Source: a virus
Reading direction: 5' to 3' (one strand)
Length of the DNA stretch: 64,000 nt
IMG/VR virus record: IMGVR_UViG_3300005096_000137
Span: 32,001 to 96,000 of that record
Shown here: positions 46,804-57,457 of the stretch, one piece after another
Layout: each line of letters opens with the position of its first letter
How positions within the stretch are numbered: position 1 is the stretch's first letter
Translations under genes and position numbers: made by a program
The notes under the pieces: model-generated
What the model was told of the DNA's origin: nothing
Seen by the model: the letters and a program-made list of their open reading frames with translations, nothing else
The model's database searches: none

Positions 46804-49599
46804 GTGACAGCAGCCATTGATCCGAACGTTCCAGATAATTCTGAGTTCGTCCCCAAAGTATTCATTCAACCCAAGTTCGTCCTTGACGATGTCCGTGACC
46901 AGCTCAAGGTTGGTTTCGACATTGATGCCATTCAGAGGGAAATCGACGCGGGTGCAAAGACATACATCGATAGCGAGACCTGTGGTCTCCACTCCATGAT
47001 GGTCCTCTGGCAATTTGCCATTGATGAAGGACCTATCTACCTCTACCACATCTGGAAAGAACCTGTCTGGAAGACCATGCGGCTCTTCGAGATGCTCATG
47101 GGTCTGGACTACGTGGGGTTCAACCTCTCTTTCGATCACTTCCATGTGGCTAAGATTTACACCATTTGGGAGCGGCTGCCCAAGGACTGGATCCCCGAGG
47201 AGCACATTCTCGATATCGCCATCAATCATGAAGCTCAGGCTCAGATGGGTTCCTGTATCAAGCCTAAACGGGCATGTGACCTAATGCTGTGGTCACGTAA
47301 GGGTAAATTCCAGTCGGCGATGCAGCGTGGAAGTATCCGCATCCGGCGGGTACCCACCATACTATCATATGCCCTCGCGCGAGAATTAGGTCAGCGAGTT
47401 GAGTTGCCAGAGATTTGCTTTGCTAAAGCTCAGGACCCCAAGGGAAACCAGTGGAAGGTCCTGGACCGGGAAGACAAGGAAGGTCTAATCGACGAGCACT
47501 TCAAGGACGTCTCGCTGCGGTTCAACCCCGCCGGCGGTTTGAAGTACCTCACGGAATATGCACTCGGTTGGAAACCCAAGTACCACTTCACGGACGTCGA
47601 GCTTCCACGGACCATGAGCCCACCAGACAAGAAGCTGGGGTATATTCCCACAGCACTCGGCATGGCGCCCGGTGGGGCGGAGGACGATTGGCGGATGTAT
47701 GACAAGCACGGTAAGGAAATCGGACATGCCTGGCCATACTGGATTCAGAAACACATTGATCACTGGGTTGATAGTGAGAAGGCCCAGGAGTACGCCTACG
47801 AGGATATCACGTACACCCGGGCAATGTCTCACTACTTTGAAGACCCTGAACCTGGGGACGATGATAGTGAGTTGGCTTGCATGGTGGGCATCGTTCGCTG
47901 GCATGGCTTCGAGACAAACGATGATGGTCTCCGGGAACTTTGTGTCCTTGCTCAGGCTGAGCTGGATGCCTCTCCAATCAATTGCAATAAAGTTTGGGAA
48001 GTGCGGCGGTTCATTACAGACGCCATGGATGTCGAAGAGGCGGTGATGATCGAGCAGACGACTGATAAGAAAGCCCTGGAGCAAGTAACCAAGTTCCACT
48101 TCGACGAGAATGAGGATGGAGAAGAATGTACCAAGTGTGAGGGCGAGGGTGTCTATCTCCGGGAAGGTACAAAGAACTACCCGGAAGAAGAGATTACGTG
48201 TGTTCGTTGCTCAGGTAACGGGGTAATTGATGCGAGCAAGTCTCCTATCTTTGACCCAACTGGGGGGATTCGGGTGGGCAACCACCCCGCTGCCTTCCGT
48301 GCGCGTCAGCTCTTAGATGTCAAAGCCGCCGTGAAGGAAGTTGAACTTTACAACAAGCTCTTGGCAGCCGGCAAGTTCCATCCCGACTTTAACGTCATTG
48401 GTACATTGAGTACTCGAATGTCCGGCGGCTCCGGGCTGAATGCCCAGGGTATCAAGCATGATAAGTCTGTGCGAAGGATGTTCCCTCTGATGTGGGAGGG
48501 TATGATGCTGAGCGGGGGTGACTTTGATTCATTTGAAGTCGCGATTGCAGCCGCTGTCTATAAGGACCCAGACCTTGTCAATGCTCTGACAAAGAAGGTC
48601 GAGTGTGACGGTTGCAAGCATGGCAAGACCTGTGAGAAGTGTGGTGGGACTGGTCAGGTCGGCGAATTTGAGTGTGTCCACTGTCAAAAGGACGAGAACG
48701 GGACCACAGGTATCCGGAACTGTAAACTCTGTGGGGGCAGCGGAATCTTCCGGAAGAAACTCCACGCCCTGTTTGGGACCGCTCTTTACCCACATGCGTC
48801 CTACGAGGACGTGGTGGACTCTGATGGTACCAGCACAGACATGTACACGGCTGGTAAATCTGGTGTGTTCGCGCTTCTGTATGGTGGTAATTGGGTAACT
48901 CTGGTGAAGAACCTTGGTATCCAAGAAGAGCATGCTCAAGAGGCAGAAGAACGTTTCCTGAAGATGTTCCCCGGTATCCTAGAAGCACGGAAGTTGATTG
49001 AAGATCAATTCCAGAGTATGAAACAGGTTGATGGTCGCCAGATAGTCTGGAGTGACCCCAAGGAATATGTGGAATCACTGCTTGGGTTCCGACGCAGCTT
49101 CGAGCTGGAGAACAAGGTGTGTAAATGCCTGTTTGACCTGGCTCACAATCTGCCACCTAAGTGGAAGGGTAACCAGTGTAAGGTCAAGGTGGTTCGCTCG
49201 CTCGCCAAAGGGGTTCAAACCGCCGGGGGTGCCGTTGCCTCATCCTTGTTTGGTGCTGCCTTCGGGGTTCAAGGCTCCAACGTGCGAGCAGCCGCCAATC
49301 ACCAGATTCAATCGTTAGGGGCAACCCTCTGTAAATTGTTGCAGAGATCCCTGTGGGATTTACAACCCTCGGGGGTGGGGAAGTTGATTATGGCTCCCAT
49401 AAATGTCCACGATGAAGTTCTTTGCGTTATTGATCCGATTTTAGTTGACACCGCCGCCGCTGTGGTCGTCCGTATCGTCGAAGGGAATCGGAAGACTGTA
49501 CCTCTCCTAGGTCTTACCTGGACACTCGATATGGCTAATTGGGCAGAAAAGAAGGGTGGGGCAACCACTCTGAAGATAGCCCCACCGGAGATGAGATGA
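46804..49599 (+). CDS. polA: family A DNA polymerase with 3'-5' exonuclease and zinc-finger insertions
   Basis: DSET, GFNLSFD, YAYED exonuclease motifs; TRMSG; DFDSFE (A), KSGVFALLYG (B), VHDE (C). Confidence 0.85.
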   Translation: MTAAIDPNVPDNSEFVPKVFIQPKFVLDDVRDQLKVGFDIDAIQREIDAGAKTYIDSETCGLHSMMVLWQFAIDEGPIYLYHIWKEPVWKTMRLFEMLMGLDYVGFNLSFDHFHVAKIYTIWERLPKDWIPEEHILDIAINHEAQAQMGSCIKPKRACDLMLWSRKGKFQSAMQRGSIRIRRVPTILSYALARELGQRVELPEICFAKAQDPKGNQWKVLDREDKEGLIDEHFKDVSLRFNPAGGLKYLTEYALGWKPKYHFTDVELPRTMSPPDKKLGYIPTALGMAPGGAEDDWRMYDKHGKEIGHAWPYWIQKHIDHWVDSEKAQEYAYEDITYTRAMSHYFEDPEPGDDDSELACMVGIVRWHGFETNDDGLRELCVLAQAELDASPINCNKVWEVRRFITDAMDVEEAVMIEQTTDKKALEQVTKFHFDENEDGEECTKCEGEGVYLREGTKNYPEEEITCVRCSGNGVIDASKSPIFDPTGGIRVGNHPAAFRARQLLDVKAAVKEVELYNKLLAAGKFHPDFNVIGTLSTRMSGGSGLNAQGIKHDKSVRRMFPLMWEGMMLSGGDFDSFEVAIAAAVYKDPDLVNALTKKVECDGCKHGKTCEKCGGTGQVGEFECVHCQKDENGTTGIRNCKLCGGSGIFRKKLHALFGTALYPHASYEDVVDSDGTSTDMYTAGKSGVFALLYGGNWVTLVKNLGIQEEHAQEAEERFLKMFPGILEARKLIEDQFQSMKQVDGRQIVWSDPKEYVESLLGFRRSFELENKVCKCLFDLAHNLPPKWKGNQCKVKVVRSLAKGVQTAGGAVASSLFGAAFGVQGSNVRAAANHQIQSLGATLCKLLQRSLWDLQPSGVGKLIMAPINVHDEVLCVIDPILVDTAAAVVVRIVEGNRKTVPLLGLTWTLDMANWAEKKGGATTLKIAPPEMR

Positions 49600-50255
49600 C
49601 ACTTACCCTTCAACAGGTCCTTGATGCTGTTTCTCTCCATTCTCGATGGCGAGGGATGCGGAGGCGGTGTTATGATTCCCGCACTCGTGGGTACGATCAC
49701 TATGGTGGTCGGGGTATCCAAGTGTGTGCAGCGTGGGAGGACTTCAACACATTCGCTGAGTGGTCCGTTAACAACGGGTACGACTCAGAGCTGTCCCTTG
49801 ATCGCCGGGATGGGGGCGGGGATTATACGCCCAGTAATTGCCGTTGGACAACCTCCACAGTTCAGAATCGAAACAAGGCAAGTGTGACCCTGACGCTGAC
49901 ACAGGTCGCGGAGATTCGCTGGCTGTGTGGGCAAGGGAAATCATTCTCCTCAATTGGCCAACTGTACTCTGTAAACGGTGGGTCGTGCAAGCAGATACAT
50001 GATGGGGCTTCCTATCAGGAGGTCACGGCAAAACCGCCAAAGGATTTTAAGGAAGTTGTGAATTCACTAAAAGACCGACGAGAAAGTCCACGACCACCCC
50101 AGAGTATCACAATTGATGGTCGCGAATTCCCAACCATTTCCGAGGGCGCCCGGCATACCCAGATACCCCGTACGCGGCTGTCGGTTGCCCTCCACAAAGG
50201 CTACCATACCTGTAGGGGTGTCAATAACCAGAAACACAAGGTATCATTCAAATGA
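49596..50255 (+). CDS. HNH-type homing endonuclease
   Basis: WRGMRRRC...YGGRGIQVC..W..F...LSLDRRDGGGDYTPSNCRWTT...QNRN. Confidence 0.85.
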   Translation: MTLTLQQVLDAVSLHSRWRGMRRRCYDSRTRGYDHYGGRGIQVCAAWEDFNTFAEWSVNNGYDSELSLDRRDGGGDYTPSNCRWTTSTVQNRNKASVTLTLTQVAEIRWLCGQGKSFSSIGQLYSVNGGSCKQIHDGASYQEVTAKPPKDFKEVVNSLKDRRESPRPPQSITIDGREFPTISEGARHTQIPRTRLSVALHKGYHTCRGVNNQKHKVSFK

Positions 50256-50438
50256 GCCAGACCAAAGAAGAACAAACGAAGCAGGACCAACAATGGGTAG
50301 CCACCTGGTTGGAGTCCCTCCAAGCCGGCACTGTCCAACACCTCGCCCGACACTACAATCTGATTAAGTGGTACGAAACTGAACCCTCAGACTATCTCCG
50401 AACGCAACTCATGCTTCACTTAACCCAGGAAACATCAG

Positions 50439-50894
50439 TTGGCTAAGAAGAAACGGAAGAACAAGTTCAAGCGGAACGCCGAGGAGACCAGACTACGCGA
50501 TAAGGTCATACGACCCATGCTGATTGACCTAGGCTGGCGTTGTGAGGTGACTCACGGGAACAAGTACATGAAGGGCTTCCCGGACCTCTACCTTATGCAC
50601 CCGGAGTTTGGTACTCGATGGGTCGATGTGAAGGTCAAAGGGCAATACGAGTACACCAAGGCACAGCAAGAGAAGTGGCCTATCTGGCACCAATTCAAGG
50701 TTGGTATCTGGATCATGGTGGATGGTACCGAAGCTGAGTACGAAAAGCTCTTCAAAGTACCAAATTGGCAAGATTACTGGAAGAAGAAGTACGGAGACCC
50801 TTTCCGCGCGTTTGATCCGGAAAGTGACTACGACGAGAGTTATGGGTTCGACCTGGAAGCTCTCCTGGACACCATTGAAGAAATCGAGGAATAA
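50439..50894 (+). CDS. VRR-NUC/PD-(D/E)xK nuclease-like protein
   Basis: E...GFPDL...WVDVK...YTKAQ. Confidence 0.6.
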   Translation: MAKKKRKNKFKRNAEETRLRDKVIRPMLIDLGWRCEVTHGNKYMKGFPDLYLMHPEFGTRWVDVKVKGQYEYTKAQQEKWPIWHQFKVGIWIMVDGTEAEYEKLFKVPNWQDYWKKKYGDPFRAFDPESDYDESYGFDLEALLDTIEEIEE

Positions 50895-50895
50895 G

Positions 50896-50952
50896 ATGAC
50901 ACCTGAACATATGACACCTGAACATATGACACCTGAACATATGACACCTGAA
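50896..50952 (+). repeat. 15-nt tandem repeat (about 3.8 copies)
   Basis: atgacacctgaacat repeated. Confidence 0.9.
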
Positions 50953-51486
50953 GATTACTTGCGGAATGCTTACTGTATTGCCTCCCAGAGCCGTGATTCC
51001 TCCAGTCAGAATGGATCCACGCTTGTGGGTCTCGGTGGTAGTATCATTGGCACGGGCGCCAATAACTTCCCCATCGGTGTCTCGTTTACTCGGGACCGAT
51101 CCGAGAAACGACCGGATAAGTACACCTACTTTGAGCACGCGGAACGGAACTCCATCTACTCGGCAGCCCGAGCCGGCAATTCTGTCTATGGAGCCACCAT
51201 GTACTGCCCGTGGGCAGCCTGCTGTGATTGTGCGCGTGGAATCATCAATGCAGGGGTGCGGGTCCTCTACATGCACAAGGAACGGATGGTGATGACCCCA
51301 AAGCGGTGGGGCGATTCGGTTATTAAAGCACAAGAAATGATGACGGAGGCCGGGATTGAGCTGGTGTTCCACCAAGGTCCCATTACCGATTGCCCTGACA
51401 TTCGTGTAAATGGTGAACTCTGGAACCCTTTCCAACCTCCTTTAGAGGGGGCTCTGGGTAACCAATCTGAGGGGATGGGGACATGA
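50896..51486 (+). CDS. dCMP deaminase family protein
   Basis: HAERNSI and ACCDCARGIINAG zinc motifs; N-terminal MTPEH repeats. Confidence 0.85.
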   Translation: MTPEHMTPEHMTPEHMTPEDYLRNAYCIASQSRDSSSQNGSTLVGLGGSIIGTGANNFPIGVSFTRDRSEKRPDKYTYFEHAERNSIYSAARAGNSVYGATMYCPWAACCDCARGIINAGVRVLYMHKERMVMTPKRWGDSVIKAQEMMTEAGIELVFHQGPITDCPDIRVNGELWNPFQPPLEGALGNQSEGMGT

Positions 51487-51673
51487 TTTGGGCGCAAAAC
51501 AACCGGGCTTGACTTATCCCCCGCATGTGGTAAGTTTTAGAGACTTAATCCTTGTGTTTCATGAAGCTGGAGGTTATAATAGTGGTTGACGAATCAATTC
51601 TCTTTGTATCTAAGTTATTGCTGGGTCTGCTCTTAGGGGGTGGCTTAGCTCACCTCCTTTTCCGGAACCCCTG

Positions 51674-52171
51674 ATGAAAGAGCTGAAAACTCCCAATTCC
51701 TGGTCCTGCCTGCCAACAGCCTTTGCCATTGCCCTTGAGGTCCCTCTGGAAGCCGTTCTCGCCATTGTTGGACACGATGGCTCTGAGGAGAGGTTCAAGT
51801 CCTTACCGGACCCACAGCGTCGTCGTGGGTTCCACCATCAGGAACTGGTGAAGATGTGCGTAGAAGATGGGATGTCAGTTACGCCCATTGAACTAATACC
51901 AGCGATTGCCCCTTATGGTGAACCAATACCCTATGGGGACCCTGAGGGAGAACTCGACTGGTTTTTCCAGAATCTACGGAATAGCAGAGGTGTCCTGGAA
52001 TGTAGAACGTCCATGGGCATCGGGCACGCTATTGCTTACAACGGGTGTACACATTCCATTGAGGTCTGTGACCCTCGCAATGGTGAGAGGTTCGACATGG
52101 CAACCCTCGACGACCTCCAGAAACGGGGGTTGTTTGTGTTTAGCATGTGGAGGGTGGATCCCATCTCATGA
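51674..52171 (+). CDS. papain/C39-like peptidase-fold protein
   Basis: SCLPTAFA, GHAIAY, VCDP. Confidence 0.5.
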   Translation: MKELKTPNSWSCLPTAFAIALEVPLEAVLAIVGHDGSEERFKSLPDPQRRRGFHHQELVKMCVEDGMSVTPIELIPAIAPYGEPIPYGDPEGELDWFFQNLRNSRGVLECRTSMGIGHAIAYNGCTHSIEVCDPRNGERFDMATLDDLQKRGLFVFSMWRVDPIS

Positions 52172-52776
52172 AAGAACCCAAACACCCATTGTTGATTGGT
52201 TCCGGACAGAGTGCCTCCCAGGAAAGCAATCATCGAGACATTTTAGTGATACGGGCACTACAACCTGGTCCCCACCAAACGGATCTCATCAACGACATGA
52301 TCCTCGCCAATATTCCCTTGGTGTTCCTGAAAGTGGGGTCCTACATCGACCTTCATTCGTCCGCAACTCATCTCAAGGAAGAAATGACTAATGAAGGTTC
52401 GCTGGCACTCACTCTCGCTGTTCAGAAACTAGCTGCTATGGGTACCCCTAGTGACGGCGGGAATCCCACTGGTTTTGTGGGTCAGCGTATCATCTGGGCT
52501 ATTTCCCGAGTGGCCGAGAAGGATGCTAAACAGAAGTTCCCTGCTGAGGCTATCAAAGAGGACATCCCTCTGGACCCTTGTGCCAACATTGAGACCCTGG
52601 ATATGCTGGAGGTAGCCTGCCATACTCCGGAAGATGTGATCCTTATCCATGCACGATTACGGGGTAGTACCAACCAAGAGATCGCGGATATCCTCGGAAC
52701 CACAAAGACCGCTGTGTCTCTCCAATGTCAAGACATTCGAGATCGATTTGAGATGTTACAAAGGGACGCCCAATGA
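52168..52776 (+). CDS. sigma factor-like protein (region 4 HTH)
   Basis: LILANIPLV-like region 2 segment; LRGSTNQEIADILGTTKTAVS. Confidence 0.55.
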   Translation: MKEPKHPLLIGSGQSASQESNHRDILVIRALQPGPHQTDLINDMILANIPLVFLKVGSYIDLHSSATHLKEEMTNEGSLALTLAVQKLAAMGTPSDGGNPTGFVGQRIIWAISRVAEKDAKQKFPAEAIKEDIPLDPCANIETLDMLEVACHTPEDVILIHARLRGSTNQEIADILGTTKTAVSLQCQDIRDRFEMLQRDAQ

Positions 52777-53360
52777 AACGAATAGTTCTTGATGTTGATG
52801 ATGTACTCAATGGGCTCACCATGCACATTCTTCGGCATTTCAAGTGTGATGTAGGTCCTTTCGAGTACAATATCTTTCCGACGGAAGTCGGGTATGATGT
52901 CATGACCGCTTGCCAAGTACTTCGAGGTGATGCCCCTACAGACCCGGCAGAGTTCTGGGATGAGGTCACACGGGCCGACCTATGGCGGACTGCCCCCAAG
53001 TCTCCCCAGTGTGATTGGCTCATGGAGATTGCTGCGGACATTGTGGGTCGGGACCAGGTGTTACTGGCCACCACACCAACGAAAGATCCCCAGTGCCATG
53101 CTGATAAGCTAGAGTGGATCTGGGAGAATTTACCTCCATGGATACACCGACAGTACAACCTCACTCCTCGGAAATGGTGTCTCGCCAAACCCGGGGTCAT
53201 ACTCTTTGACGATCATATAGCTAACTGTGAAGAGTTCATCGAAGAAGGTGGCGAAGCCCTACTCGTCCCCCGTCCATGGAACCCCGACCACGTGAAAGAC
53301 ACTGATTCAACTATTAACAACTGCCTTAACATCCTCAGATTGGAGATGACCTATGAGTGA
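52773..53360 (+). CDS. 5'(3')-deoxyribonucleotidase, HAD superfamily
   Basis: LDVDDVL, KLEWI, ILFDD, PRPWN. Confidence 0.8.
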   Translation: MKRIVLDVDDVLNGLTMHILRHFKCDVGPFEYNIFPTEVGYDVMTACQVLRGDAPTDPAEFWDEVTRADLWRTAPKSPQCDWLMEIAADIVGRDQVLLATTPTKDPQCHADKLEWIWENLPPWIHRQYNLTPRKWCLAKPGVILFDDHIANCEEFIEEGGEALLVPRPWNPDHVKDTDSTINNCLNILRLEMTYE

Positions 53361-53805
53361 CCGATACCGTATTGCCCTATTGTATTTTGTGATATTCATG
53401 TGCCTGGGCGCCACTATCTTTCACACCTACATGGTTCGTGAAATGGCTACCAATTCGTTTATGGTAGACGCCTATGCCTCGTCCCTTTCAGTTCAAGCTG
53501 ACCATATTGCCAAGCTTGACGGTCGTGTGGAACGTATCGCCAAACAGTTTGTAAACTTGGTGGAAATCAATCAGAATTTGGAGTTGCAGCTTGAGTTTTC
53601 GAGTATAATAATGAAAGGGCAGGATGACTATGTCCGTCAACTCCTAGATACCCTGGGCACAAATGGGATTCCTATCCCACTGCCTAACAACCCCATTTTC
53701 CCGGAATTCCAACTTACACCCTTGGGACCTCAGTCAGTGGTTCCCAGTGGTCTTGACAAGAATGGGAATCCGGTAAACCCTTTAGAGGTTGCACCCGCAA
53801 CCTAA
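53353..53805 (+). CDS. membrane-anchored coiled-coil protein
   Basis: N-terminal TM segment followed by heptads. Confidence 0.5.
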   Translation: MSDRYRIALLYFVIFMCLGATIFHTYMVREMATNSFMVDAYASSLSVQADHIAKLDGRVERIAKQFVNLVEINQNLELQLEFSSIIMKGQDDYVRQLLDTLGTNGIPIPLPNNPIFPEFQLTPLGPQSVVPSGLDKNGNPVNPLEVAPAT

Positions 53806-53811
53806 TCGGAG

Positions 53812-54942
53812 ATGATAATGCCTGTTGCTACTGAACTCAAACGACGTGAATTTCTCCAGCTTGCCCATACATACAAGCCTGAGAAACCACCCAAGGGTGG
53901 TTGGAACTTGGGCGGTTACCTCTCGTCAGAGAAGTTGGACGGTGGGCGTTGCTTTTGGGATGGGGGTTTATCCCGAGGGATGAACACAGTCGATGTTCCT
54001 TGGGCGAGTGTGACTGACCCAAAGACAGGTGGACGTAAGAAGAAGATCAAGCCAAAAGCCACAGGGTTGTGGTCTCGCTATGGTAATCCCATTATGGCCC
54101 CCGACTTCTTCCTCAATGGGCTTCCTACCTTCCCCCTCGATGGGGAACTCACAGCCGGTCGTGGTCGTTTTCAATACACCATGTCAGTGATTCGGAAAGA
54201 CAATCCTGTCGAAAACGAATGGTCGGACATCCAGTTTGCCGTTTACGGGAGCCCGCCACTCAGTGCAATCTTCGGCGATGGTGAAATCAAGAACGCCAAT
54301 TTCCATTGTGCCCTCCGTTGGGACGCAATTCGACCTTGGGTTCAGCAGCGGGCAAAGAAGCTTGGTGGCCACTTTCGTGAATGTGGGAATGGTGATACTT
54401 TCGCGCAGGAACTCATGGTCATCAAAGATGTACTGGAGACCCAGACGGACTTTGCCTACCTTCATAGACAGGTTGTTTTACCATCCAATCATCAGTTAGC
54501 CCTCGACGAGATTGAACGTCAACTGGAAACAGTCCTGGACGCGGGTGGTGAGGGGTTGATTCTTCGAGCCCCCCAAGGTCTCTGGGTGCCCAAGCGGATG
54601 AAATACATCCTGAAGTACAAGCCCTACCTCGACTCGGAAGCAACCATCACTGGCTTTACCTCCGGACGTATTGGTAAGACGGGTCAGCGGAAGGGTTTGA
54701 TTGGTGCCATGATTACTGACTACAAGGGTAAGAGGTTGGAAGTTGCTGGGTTCAACTTTAAGGAACTCGAATTCGCTAAAGACTTGATGATTCAACATGC
54801 CGCGAACCACCCAGGTGAAGACATGCCATCCGACTTCCAGGGTCTCCACTTCAAAGTGGGAGACACCCTCACCTTCCGCTACCGAGAACTTTCTGACGAT
54901 GGCATCCCCAAGGATGCCCGTTACCTTCGCTCAGCCAACTAG
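53812..54942 (+). CDS. ATP-dependent DNA ligase
   Basis: SEKLDGGR, LDGEL, GGEGLILR, LKYKP, FRYRELSDDGIP. Confidence 0.88.
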   Translation: MIMPVATELKRREFLQLAHTYKPEKPPKGGWNLGGYLSSEKLDGGRCFWDGGLSRGMNTVDVPWASVTDPKTGGRKKKIKPKATGLWSRYGNPIMAPDFFLNGLPTFPLDGELTAGRGRFQYTMSVIRKDNPVENEWSDIQFAVYGSPPLSAIFGDGEIKNANFHCALRWDAIRPWVQQRAKKLGGHFRECGNGDTFAQELMVIKDVLETQTDFAYLHRQVVLPSNHQLALDEIERQLETVLDAGGEGLILRAPQGLWVPKRMKYILKYKPYLDSEATITGFTSGRIGKTGQRKGLIGAMITDYKGKRLEVAGFNFKELEFAKDLMIQHAANHPGEDMPSDFQGLHFKVGDTLTFRYRELSDDGIPKDARYLRSAN

Positions 54943-54993
54943 TACCCAGTCACCAGTACCCTCAGTCCCCAAGTAATCCTAGAGGAGCCAGTA

Positions 54994-56049
54994 GTGAGAA
55001 TTCCAAAATCGTTATCTCCGTCAGCATTCATGCTGTGGGAGAAAGATCCTACCGAGTATACAATGAAGTATCTGGTGGACGAGAAACCACCCCGTGACCC
55101 TCAGAGCCTCCCGATGTCAGTTGGTTCGGCTTTCGATGCAGTGGTGAAGTCCAAGCTCCACTCTGCCATATTCGGCGAAGGTAATGACCCACAGTTTGAG
55201 TTTGACGCCCTGTTTGAATCCCAGGTCGAATCTCATAATCGGGATGAGGCCCGGAGGATGGGCCTCCATGTGTTCGAGGACTATGACGCTACAGGGTCCT
55301 ATCAAGATTTACTTGATATGATGGATGGCGCTCAGGAGGCTCCACGATTCGAGTTTGATGCTGGCGCCACTCTGGAAGGTATCCCATTGTTTGGAAAACC
55401 TGACTGTTGCTTCATCAATCGAGACTGGGTCCGGGTTATTCTGGACTGGAAGGTCCGGGGTTACTGCTCCGTCCATAGTGCCAGCCCAACAAAGGGTTAC
55501 TTGTTATGCCGTGATGGGCTTGGTTGGATGGAACGGAACTTCACCAAAGCCAAGCTGAAGAAGATTGACGCAGGTATCGAAGGTGTGGTAGGCGCTCAGA
55601 GCCTAACTAACGGGAAGCCCCACAAACTGGTTCTTCCGGGTGACATCAAAGGTTTCCCGATCAATCAAGGATTCCTGGAGACCTGTAGTCCCACGTGGGC
55701 AATTCAATTGTCTATCTACAGTTGGATCACTGGTTCGGATGTCGGTGACGAAGATGTTGCAATCTGCCTTGATGAGGTAGCTTGTAAGTACATGGGTGAA
55801 GGTGAGAAACCCCTAATGCGTATAGCGAACCACCGCGCTCGTATTAGTTCGACTTTCCAGAAAGACCTTTTTGCCCGTATCCAGAAACTCTGGACAGCAA
55901 TTAACGATGGTCATATCTTCCAGGAAATGACCCGCGAAGATAGTGACAACCTCGTGACTATGCTTCAGGCGCGTGCCAGTGGCATGGGAATTGACACTGG
56001 TTCCGAAGACGATGAATGGTTTGCTAACCTTGGGAGACCCACGTACTAA
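54994..56049 (+). CDS. PD-(D/E)xK exonuclease (RecB/Cas4-like)
   Basis: LSPS, GSAFD, GKPD...ILDWK, QLSIY. Confidence 0.7.
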   Translation: MRIPKSLSPSAFMLWEKDPTEYTMKYLVDEKPPRDPQSLPMSVGSAFDAVVKSKLHSAIFGEGNDPQFEFDALFESQVESHNRDEARRMGLHVFEDYDATGSYQDLLDMMDGAQEAPRFEFDAGATLEGIPLFGKPDCCFINRDWVRVILDWKVRGYCSVHSASPTKGYLLCRDGLGWMERNFTKAKLKKIDAGIEGVVGAQSLTNGKPHKLVLPGDIKGFPINQGFLETCSPTWAIQLSIYSWITGSDVGDEDVAICLDEVACKYMGEGEKPLMRIANHRARISSTFQKDLFARIQKLWTAINDGHIFQEMTREDSDNLVTMLQARASGMGIDTGSEDDEWFANLGRPTY

Positions 56050-56549
56050 TGACTGATTTCCGTGAAGCTGTGATGGGCGATTTACCACATTTACAAAACC
56101 TAGATTTGAAAGGATACGAACAACAGCCCGAGACCATGGACTGGTGGAAATCAGTCATCACCAACCCCTCAATGACGTGTGTTGTTGCCTGTCAGAACCA
56201 GACTCCCATTGGCATGGTAGTCTGGACACACCAGGAGTTTCAGAAACCATCTCCTATGTCTGGTCAAACTACGGTCCACGTTCACAAAATATGTGTCCAG
56301 AAGGGGTTTAGATACCGAGGGATTGGTTCCTCTTTGATGGCAAAGGCCCGCAAAGAGACCTACCGTCTGAAGTGCAAAACCATGAGTATCTCGGTGCCAG
56401 AGTACCAATGTATTTCGGATGACCCTGACAATGTTAGTCAGTGGCTACACAAACTGGGATTCAAGGCAGATTCAGTCTTACCCGTACCTCTCCATTTATA
56501 CGGGAAGAACTATGATCAGTACCTGTTTCTCTTTGAGGTGCCGAAATGA
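56049..56549 (+). CDS. GNAT acetyltransferase
   Basis: ICVQKGFRYRGIGSSL, WLHKLGF. Confidence 0.8.
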   Translation: MTDFREAVMGDLPHLQNLDLKGYEQQPETMDWWKSVITNPSMTCVVACQNQTPIGMVVWTHQEFQKPSPMSGQTTVHVHKICVQKGFRYRGIGSSLMAKARKETYRLKCKTMSISVPEYQCISDDPDNVSQWLHKLGFKADSVLPVPLHLYGKNYDQYLFLFEVPK

Positions 56550-57193
56550 GCGAGACAACCCCAAATGTTGGAGGACATCCTGAGACTGAGGCCGGTCCTG
56601 ATGGTTCCTTCCTGAACCCTGATGCTGGCCTCCAGGACTTTGATGCTGAAGCCCACCTCCGAGTCCTTCGTCATGATTCGGATCCTCGCATGGGTATTGT
56701 TCTCTTACTTGAACACACTGCTGTGCTCGCTGAGTCAATGGGGGTCAACATTGGGTGGCAGATTCATTCAGCAGTGGACGATTACCCCCTGGACCTTGAT
56801 AAGTTCGAGGAGGCCCTCGGGTGGTTATCCGCCACCCTTGTTGACACCAAGCTACGCAGTGAGATAGATGTGGACTCCCTGTTAGCCGAGTTAAATGCAC
56901 CCAAGGCTCCCGTGGTTACTGGGATCATTGTAGACCCCACAATCGATGTGGATTCATCAAGCAAGGGAGGGACTAATGAAGATACACCCTAGGGCTCTTG
57001 AAGCCCTCAAGGGCGCAAAGATAACCGGTGAAACTCTAGCGGAGATATTCACTGTGATGGAAGCACAAACAAACGTGGTGGGTGGTATCAGTAACAATTA
57101 CACCATTGACTACCAACACCCCGATTACGAAGTCACCGCCGATACCCTCATACCCCAACTGATTCTGGTTTTACGTCCAGCGGAGGTCTGCGA

Positions 57194-57457
57194 ATGATGG
57201 GTTCCTTGTTAGGGTGGTCCGGGAACATTGCAACAGTTATGGGAATTGGGATGGTCTCATACAAACTGCGAATCGGGTTTCTGTTCGGTATTCTCGGAGG
57301 TCTGTTTTGGGGCATACAAGGTACCTTGACACACCAGATGGACTTGGTTATACTAGAGATTGTGATAGCAATTATCCAAGCTTTTTCATGGTGGAAGTGG
57401 GGGAAGGCAGATGTGGGACCAGTGTGTCGAGTTTGTTCAAAACCAGTTACAGAATAA
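57194..57457 (+). CDS. small 3-TM membrane protein
   Basis: three hydrophobic segments, WWKW end. Confidence 0.5.
   Translation: MMGSLLGWSGNIATVMGIGMVSYKLRIGFLFGILGGLFWGIQGTLTHQMDLVILEIVIAIIQAFSWWKWGKADVGPVCRVCSKPVTE

Noticed and set aside
54994-56049. Cas4 as part of a CRISPR system
   Set aside because: No Fe-S cysteine cluster pattern, array or other cas genes; ordinary phage exonuclease
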